Assembly: GCA_965216635.1 (NCBI GenBank)
Contig: OZ244188.1
Coordinates: 1,696,001-1,760,000, forward strand
DNA length: 64,000 nt
DNA from: a bacterium
GTDB lineage: Bacteria; SAR324; XYD2-FULL-50-16; G965216635
Direction: 5' to 3'
Both the position numbers and the translations under genes were made by a program. Below are positions 58,153-64,000 of the stretch, piece by piece. Position 1 is the first letter of the stretch, and each line of letters starts with the position of its first letter. The notes under the pieces are model-generated. The model was not told where the DNA came from, searched no databases, and worked only from the letters and a program-made list of their open reading frames with translations.

Positions 58153-59322
58153 ATGAAAAAATTAAATATAAGAATGAAAAAACTAAATATGAGATTGAAG
58201 GTGGTTGTTTTGCCTCTTATAATATTTATAGCGGCATTTTTCTTTTTTATGCAGGGAGCAGGTAGTCTGCGGGCACAGGAAGCTCCAGAGATAGCATCCC
58301 AAAAGGGTTGGTTTGTAGGAGTTAATCCTCTGATTTTTGGAGCGAACAAGATAGAAACCAAAACAACTGTAGTAAGTACAGGAGGAGGGAAAGTTACGGT
58401 GAGTGATTTGACTGCGGATATTCGTACTAGTTATACATTCACCGTTCAGGTACAGCAAATAGCAGTAGATATTTGTGCGGGTAATTTTACAGGTTATGAT
58501 TTAGACAATTTAGAAATATTATATCTGGCGGAAGATAGAAGCGACGCAACAGACTTTTTATTTTTAGGTGGGGGGTCATTTGGATCTGTTCGGTTTCGCC
58601 TCGACGGAGAAGAACTTGAATCTCTCACAGGAGATCCAAATGATATTGCTCGGTCAGTAACCGCAAGCCCCATTGATGACTATGCCTGTAAGCAAGCCTT
58701 TGATGGATTGCTTTTAGAAGATAAATCTTCTACTGCTGGCTCTTCAGAAACCAGCAAGGGAAAAGCTCTAGCGGGCAACGGCTTGCAAGTGGGCTACAGA
58801 GACGGTGACTATAGATATTCTTTCAGCAACTTCTCTTGGGCAGCTGGAGCAGATAAGCTAGATTCCCAAGTGCTTTTGCTAGAGTATTTTATAGCTAAGG
58901 GTTTTTCGGCGGGAATAGGAGTGGCGAATGTTAAACTGGATTCTAGTGCTGGACTCCATTCACAAAGAGCGAATGTTTATAGTTTGAGCTACCAGTACCC
59001 TATCTGGAAAAACCTTTTTATAGAAGCGAGCTATATGCTTATCTCAGCCAATATTTCCGTGCAAAAAGAAGAGCTAGAAGTATTTGAAGAAGTCAATCAA
59101 ACAGATACCAGAGAGCTAGGGTTTTATGGGGAAAACAATTTAAATCCTTACGTTACTAATGAACTTTTCGCTTCATATTATGAGAGTTCTTCACTATTTG
59201 ATCTTAGAAACACCGTAACCCGAACCCAAACCCGAACAGCTGGCTCAATAAGAACCATAAAATCAGTGAAAATAAAAAACCCAGCTGCCTTTAGAATAAA
59301 TTTCATCTGGCGCTTCTTTTAA
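58153..59322 (+). CDS. Variable outer-membrane beta-barrel protein, subfamily A copy 6
   Basis: Paralogue of 29971..31125; ends FRINFIWRFF. Confidence 0.8.
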   Translation: MKKLNIRMKKLNMRLKVVVLPLIIFIAAFFFFMQGAGSLRAQEAPEIASQKGWFVGVNPLIFGANKIETKTTVVSTGGGKVTVSDLTADIRTSYTFTVQVQQIAVDICAGNFTGYDLDNLEILYLAEDRSDATDFLFLGGGSFGSVRFRLDGEELESLTGDPNDIARSVTASPIDDYACKQAFDGLLLEDKSSTAGSSETSKGKALAGNGLQVGYRDGDYRYSFSNFSWAAGADKLDSQVLLLEYFIAKGFSAGIGVANVKLDSSAGLHSQRANVYSLSYQYPIWKNLFIEASYMLISANISVQKEELEVFEEVNQTDTRELGFYGENNLNPYVTNELFASYYESSSLFDLRNTVTRTQTRTAGSIRTIKSVKIKNPAAFRINFIWRFF

Positions 59323-59509
59323 GAACCGCAGATAACATTTTTTTAAGAACGGGGACACATTTTTACTTTGTAAAAAAATGTCCCCTGCAATGTTTTTGGT
59401 TTTCTCTTTATATCTTTTTGTTTTTGACTTGACTTTTAAACTGCAGGGGATGTTTTTTTTTCAACGAAAAAAATAACGTCCCCGCCAGCATACAAAAAAA
59501 AAGCCAGCC

Positions 59510-59698
59510 AGCAAAGAAAAAAATTTTAGCTCGCTGGAATATCGTAGTGCCACAATAATGGGAGCAGGCACTACAAAACTTGCATAATCTAAAAAAGAAA
59601 TGCAAAAGCTCCAGTGGAGCTTTTGCTGTACCCTTTACGAAATAGATAGCAGTAAGAGAGTGCATTTCTTCACAAATGGCAAGAGTTAAAAATTTTTC
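59510..59698. repeat. Internal portion of the MITE-like composite element
   Basis: Near-identical to ~1090-1250 (CACTACAAAACTTGCATAATCTAAAAAAGAAATGCAAAAGCTCCAGTGGAGCTTTTGCT). Confidence 0.8.
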
Positions 59699-59711
59699 TA
59701 TAAATTAAACA

Positions 59712-60347
59712 ATGCAAAAAACTACTAATTTAATAAAAATCATCGTCTTTGGTGCTACTGGAAGAACAGGAAAACTTGTATGCGAACGTATTCTCAAATC
59801 TGGTGTTATTGTTACAGGGTTTGGACGTTCTAAAGAAAAAATCAAAAATATTGATAAAAAACTACTCGCATCTCAAGGAGATATCTTTGATAGAGAGCAA
59901 GTCTTCCAAGCCGTTACCAATCAAGATGCGGTTATTGTATGTTTGGGAAGTGTTAATCTTAAAGATAGCACCACTCTTTCTTCAGGCACACAGAATATTG
60001 TAGATGCGATGTCTCGTCACAAAATAAAAAGGTTGGTTCTCATTTCCGCTGCTGGCGTCAATGAGAGTTGGGCTCAAATACCGTTTTTGCCTCGCCTTAT
60101 GTTTAAGACCATTTTGCGTAATATTTTCAAAGACCACCATAAACAAGAAGCCATAGTCAAAAAAAGCTCGTTGGATTGGACTATTGTTCGTCCAGCAGTA
60201 TTGAATGACAAGCCCGCTTGTGGCAAATATAGCGCAAGCAATTCTGCCCCTGTTCGCAAAATAAGCCGAGCTGATCTTGCTGATTTTCTAATCAAACAGG
60301 TATCCGATAAATCTTATATTGGGCAAGCTATTTCTGTTACATCCTAA
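59712..60347 (+). CDS. NAD(P)-binding atypical SDR (flavin reductase/BVR-B-like)
   Basis: VFGATGRTG, QDAVIVCLG, LDWTIVRP, ISRADLA. Confidence 0.88.
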   Translation: MQKTTNLIKIIVFGATGRTGKLVCERILKSGVIVTGFGRSKEKIKNIDKKLLASQGDIFDREQVFQAVTNQDAVIVCLGSVNLKDSTTLSSGTQNIVDAMSRHKIKRLVLISAAGVNESWAQIPFLPRLMFKTILRNIFKDHHKQEAIVKKSSLDWTIVRPAVLNDKPACGKYSASNSAPVRKISRADLADFLIKQVSDKSYIGQAISVTS

Positions 60348-60356
60348 CTAAATCAC

Positions 60357-61259
60357 TTAATTTTCAAGGTTTCTTTTTTTCCTACGCCGAGGAAACAACC
60401 CAATAAAAGAGCCTAGTATCATAATACTCATAGCTACCGTAGTGAGTAGATTGATTTTTTCGTCTAAAAAAATAACCGAAAATATAATTCCACTAATAGG
60501 AACAATAATTACAAACAAAGAAGCTTTGGAACTTCCTAGTTTTAAACTGGTATAGCTAAAAAAAACAACTGCTATAAAAACAATTACCCCTTGATAAACT
60601 GCTTGAAAAAGAACTTCTCTGCTATCCGCCGTCCAAAGATTGCTTTCAAAAAAAATAAAATAGATGGGTAAGAAAATAACGCTAGAATAAAATACACTGA
60701 TAGATACTGACTGCATAGCGGGAATAGACCACTTTTTAAGCCCTATATTGTAACTTGTAAAAAAAAGTCCCGCCAAAATAAAGCATAAAACTCCTTTTAA
60801 AGTCGGCAGATTATTGGTGGCTGGTAAAATTCCTATCCCTTTCGCAAAAAGAAAAAATCCAATCAAAATCAAAGCTAAACTGTAGGCGACTTTGTAGGTT
60901 AATTTGGTGTGGTAAATGAGTAGACCAAAAACTGTGCTAAAAAAAATTACACAGATAGGAGCTATCAAAGCATAAGATGCGGGAACAAAAAGAAACCCTA
61001 AAGCTGAAATTGAAACATAGCCTATGCCTGAACCTAAAGTGAGGGTGGATGTTTTCCAAAAGGAGTGTTTTTGTTGGATTATAAAACCGCTACGACAAAG
61101 CACAGGCAGAGCAATCAAACAACCTGTGGCGAACCTTAAAAATATAGTATCTACTGCTCCCAGTTCACTAATTGCAGAATAGCGAGTGATGGGAAACCAA
61201 GCACCCCAGAGTAAAGTTGCGATTATCCCTGTGAGGTAGGGTAAAAAATTTTTCATCAA
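60357..61259 (-). CDS. DMT/EamA family transporter
   Basis: Ten TM helices, LLWG, RF-x2-G, LG-x3-AS, FLDE. Confidence 0.85.
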   Translation of the reverse strand: MMKNFLPYLTGIIATLLWGAWFPITRYSAISELGAVDTIFLRFATGCLIALPVLCRSGFIIQQKHSFWKTSTLTLGSGIGYVSISALGFLFVPASYALIAPICVIFFSTVFGLLIYHTKLTYKVAYSLALILIGFFLFAKGIGILPATNNLPTLKGVLCFILAGLFFTSYNIGLKKWSIPAMQSVSISVFYSSVIFLPIYFIFFESNLWTADSREVLFQAVYQGVIVFIAVVFFSYTSLKLGSSKASLFVIIVPISGIIFSVIFLDEKINLLTTVAMSIMILGSFIGLFPRRRKKRNLEN

Positions 61260-61439
61260 GTCTAAAAGATCTCTATATTTGTTTTGTTGACAAGTTAGCT
61301 CTATTTTATTTCTACTAGCTAGAAAAGTAAAGCATAAAATTTAGGTGATAGTAAAATTATAATTGCACTTGACTTTTTTTAAAAATCAGTTATAGTACGG
61401 GTGTCTATTGTGTAAATAATGGAATAGATCTATTTTTAA

Positions 61440-61609
61440 TAGAGTGAATTTGCTTTTCTAGTTTAGCTGTACTGTGTTGAAAAAAATTTTAGCTCTTGCC
61501 ATTTGTGAAGAAATACTCTTCAGTATTCCGTAGTGTATACACATCTAGTGCTAAAATTTTTTTTCGTGCCTTGTCTGGCTTTCCTATAATGCTAAAGTTC
61601 AAAGGTCTA
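61440..61609. mobile_element. MITE-like element copy, diverged; shortened duplicate at 62635-62726
   Basis: TGAATTTGC..GTTTAGC..CAGTATTCC..GCCTTG..TTCAAAGGTCTA. Confidence 0.65.
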
Positions 61610-61619
61610 TAATTTTTAA

Positions 61620-61759
61620 AATATTAAACAGACAATCGCTCTGTTTTCGTTAATATTAAACAGACAATCGCTCTGTTTTCGTTAATATTAAACAGACAGA
61701 TATTGTCTGTTTTCGTTAAATAAAAACAGACAATCGGTCTGTTTTCGTTAAATAAAAAC
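61620..61759 (+). repeat. Four tandem 32-34 bp hairpin repeats upstream of the DUF4065 gene
   Basis: AATATTAAACAGACAATCGCTCTGTTTTCGTT at 61620 and 61652, variants at 61684 and 61718; two units at 62737-62802. Confidence 0.93.
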
Positions 61760-61761
61760 TA

Positions 61762-62238
61762 ATGAAAAAACAAAATGTATTTAGTGTTGCGGACTATTTT
61801 ATTAAAAATATTGATGAAAAATTCCGTATAGATAATTTGAAGCTAAATAAATTAGTATATATTGCTTTTGGATTTGCTATATCTTTAAGAAAATCAACAT
61901 TATTTGAAGAGGAAATACAGGCTTGGAAGTGGGGACCTGTAATTCCTAAATTATATCATTATTTTAAGAAAGGTGGTTCTCGAAACATAGACAAAGTTTC
62001 CGATAAAGGAGCTAGTATAGAAGATAAATTTATTTTACAAGTACTAAATGTAGTAAAAGATATTTATGAAAGTAAAGAAGGTTTAGAGATGGTAGAATTA
62101 ACACATCAAACGGGAACTCCTTGGCACTATTTCTATGATGGAGCGCGAAATAAGACTATAGAACCAATTGTAATAAAAGATTATTATGATATTTTTATAA
62201 AAAATATGGAAAAGAAAAAAATTCTTGTTATTAGCTAA
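61762..62238 (+). CDS. Panacea domain (DUF4065/SocA/GepA-like) antitoxin, copy 1
   Basis: VADYFI, LKLNKLVYIA-x-G, LF-x-E-x-IQAWKWGPV-x-P-x-LY, LTH-x3-TPW. Confidence 0.9.
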   Translation: MKKQNVFSVADYFIKNIDEKFRIDNLKLNKLVYIAFGFAISLRKSTLFEEEIQAWKWGPVIPKLYHYFKKGGSRNIDKVSDKGASIEDKFILQVLNVVKDIYESKEGLEMVELTHQTGTPWHYFYDGARNKTIEPIVIKDYYDIFIKNMEKKKILVIS

Positions 62239-62244
62239 TTTTGT

Positions 62245-62616
62245 ATGGAAATTATGGATTCGGTAAAATTTACTCCTAAAGAACTAAACCTTTCAAATCG
62301 TGTATCTTTAGGAGAAGAAACAAAAGAAGGTTTTTATAGCATCTATCATAAAGAGAGGTATAAATTAGAAACAAATCTAATCAAACATTTTTTTTATGGT
62401 GCTATGAGAATTACATTTGTTTGGATAGGTGTTTTAATTATTGTGGTGGGGTTTCAAATTTTTTCAAAATACCAACTTGAGAAAATTCAATTCATTACTT
62501 TATTTAGCACCACTACTGCTACTATTATAAGTCTTTGGGGAACTTCAGGGTATTTGTTATTCAAGAAAAGCGAGACTAACCAATCACAATCAAAACTACA
62601 CAAAGATCATTTTTGA
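62245..62616 (+). CDS. Two-TM hypothetical protein, candidate cognate toxin
   Basis: 6 bp after the DUF4065 gene; two hydrophobic segments, LFSTTTATII motif. Confidence 0.6.
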   Translation: MEIMDSVKFTPKELNLSNRVSLGEETKEGFYSIYHKERYKLETNLIKHFFYGAMRITFVWIGVLIIVVGFQIFSKYQLEKIQFITLFSTTTATIISLWGTSGYLLFKKSETNQSQSKLHKDHF

Positions 62617-62814
62617 AAAATAAAATCGCTCAAATGAATTTGCTTATCTAGTTTAGCCTATGCAGCGTTGTAAAAAATTTTAGCTCCTTGTCTGGCTTTC
62701 CTATAATGCTAAAGTTCAACGGTCTATAATTTTTAAAATATTAAACAGACAATCGCTCTGTTTTCGTTAATATTAAGCAAACAGATATTATCTGTTTTCG
62801 TCAAATAAAAACTA

Positions 62815-63291
62815 ATGAAAAGACAAAATGTATTTAGTGTTGCGGACTATTTTATTAAAAATATTGATGAAAAATTCCGTGTAGATAATTTGAAGCTAAA
62901 TAAATTAGTATATATTGCTTTTGGATTTACTATATCTTTAAAAAAATTAACATTATTTGAAGAGGAAATACAGGCTTGGAAGTGGGGACCTGTAATTCCT
63001 GAACTATATCATCATTTTAAGAAAGGTGGTTCTCAAAACATAGACAAAGTTTCCGATAAAGGAGCTAGTATAGAAGATAAATTTATTTTACAAGTACTAA
63101 ATGTAGTAAAAGATATTTATGAAGGTAAAGAAGGTTTAGAGATGGTAGAATTAACACATCAAGCGGGAACTCCTTGGCACTATTTCTATGATGGAGCACG
63201 AAATAAGACTATAGAACCATTTGTAATAAAAGATTATTATGATATTTTTATAAAAAATATGGAAAAGGCAAACCTTCTTGTTATTAGCTAA
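62815..63291 (+). CDS. Panacea domain (DUF4065) antitoxin, copy 2
   Basis: Same length and near-identical to 61762..62238. Confidence 0.9.
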   Translation: MKRQNVFSVADYFIKNIDEKFRVDNLKLNKLVYIAFGFTISLKKLTLFEEEIQAWKWGPVIPELYHHFKKGGSQNIDKVSDKGASIEDKFILQVLNVVKDIYEGKEGLEMVELTHQAGTPWHYFYDGARNKTIEPFVIKDYYDIFIKNMEKANLLVIS

Positions 63292-63297
63292 TTTTGT

Positions 63298-63324
63298 ATG
63301 GAAATTATGGATTCGGTAAAATTT
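63298..63324 (+). pseudogene. 5' remnant (MEIMDSVKF) of the duplicated partner gene
   Basis: Identical to 62245-62271, then switches to sequence matching 61248-61285. Confidence 0.75.
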
Positions 63325-63424
63325 TTTTTCATCAAGTCTAAAAAATCTCTATATTTGTTTTTATATTTCCAATAATTTCACTTCACCCCCTTATAATAAG
63401 CAGTTTCATTTCAGCAGTTTCATT

Positions 63425-63826
63425 TCAGCAAGAAAACCCAAAATTAATTATAATATTTTTATCATAAACTAGATTTAAATAAAAAAAATTTAAAAATAAA
63501 ATAATTTTTGTAAGTGCACTACTATTTCTGTTGCTTCGTCAGTAGTGATTCTACCTAATTTCTTTTTTAATCTTTGTTTGCTGACTGCTCTAATTTGATC
63601 TAGCAACGCAAAACCTGTTTTATTATCAAACTTAATAGGTACTCTATACGGGTAATTAAAGGTTTTTTTATGGCTGGTTAATGGGACAACAATCTACCGT
63701 ACCCAAAAAAGTGTTTATTTCGTTAGGAGAAACAATAACACAAGGTCTTATTTTTTGGATTTCATTTCCAATAGTTTGCCCTGGTGAAATAATATAAACA
63801 TCAAACCTTTCAAATTTTATTCCCAT
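63425..63826 (-). pseudogene. mazF: PemK/MazF family toxin with single-base frameshift
   Basis: ATG 63826 MGIKFERFDVYIISPGQTIGNEIQKIRPCVIVSPNEIN..GTV, then +1 frame IVVPLTS..YPYRV..LDQIRAVSKQRLKKKLG; extra base at ~63694. Confidence 0.85.
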
Positions 63827-64000
63827 TCTAATTCACTCTCGTCCACTAGGCTATCGTCGTTTATGAAATCCCAAAAGACGCCTTCATCTTTTTTACCTTT
63901 GTTTTTCTCTATAATTTTTTTTGTATGTTCTGCCCACCCTGTTCTTGGATGCTTTACATTTTGTTTTAATAACAAGCCTTCTTTAACTATTTTAAGCACA
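63817..64000 (-). CDS. AbrB/MazE/SpoVT family antitoxin (5' part outside window)
   Basis: PRTGWAE motif and acidic EWE tail; overlaps the start of the mazF-like gene. Confidence 0.75.
   Translation of the reverse strand, partial: VLKIVKEGLLLKQNVKHPRTGWAEHTKKIIEKNKGKKDEGVFWDFINDDSLVDESELEWE

Noticed and set aside
61620..61759. CRISPR array
   Set aside because: Units abut with no unique spacers of repeat-like length, and there are no cas genes in the window.

Overview
AT-rich chromosomal window from a diderm (Gram-negative) bacterium; the lineage cannot be fixed from sequence alone. The housekeeping backbone includes murB, tRNA-Lys/tRNA-Glu, gshA, argH, alaX, ispA, tlyA, a family-4 UDG, scpA, a secretin, lolA, dnaB, gltA, miaA, mutL, yaaA, gloA, gltB, two tandem ddl and folD. 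Accessory material is interleaved. (1) At least 8 paralogues of a predicted outer-membrane beta-barrel protein in two subfamilies, with conserved framework, Cys-flanked hypervariable insertions, mosaic exchange between copies and variable poly-A tracts beside their promoters. (2) A tightly coupled five-gene operon at 41.4-48.6 kb: GRDP/DUF1399-like protein, TauD-like dioxygenase, SAM methyltransferase, membrane pentapeptide-repeat protein and an extended UvrA-like ATPase. I cannot assign it to any described system, and it is the best candidate for a novel biosynthetic/self-resistance or defence locus. (3) A nucleosidase-DUF985 cupin fusion. (4) Duplicated Panacea (DUF4065) antitoxin genes behind tandem hairpin repeats, next to a frameshifted mazF-like toxin. 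(5) An orphan DNA methyltransferase. (6) A dispersed MITE-like palindromic element (TAGACYTTTGAATTTGC ends) and many short tandem duplications. No CRISPR array, rRNA, transposase, integrase or reverse transcriptase was seen. All family assignments come from motif recognition by eye, not database searches.
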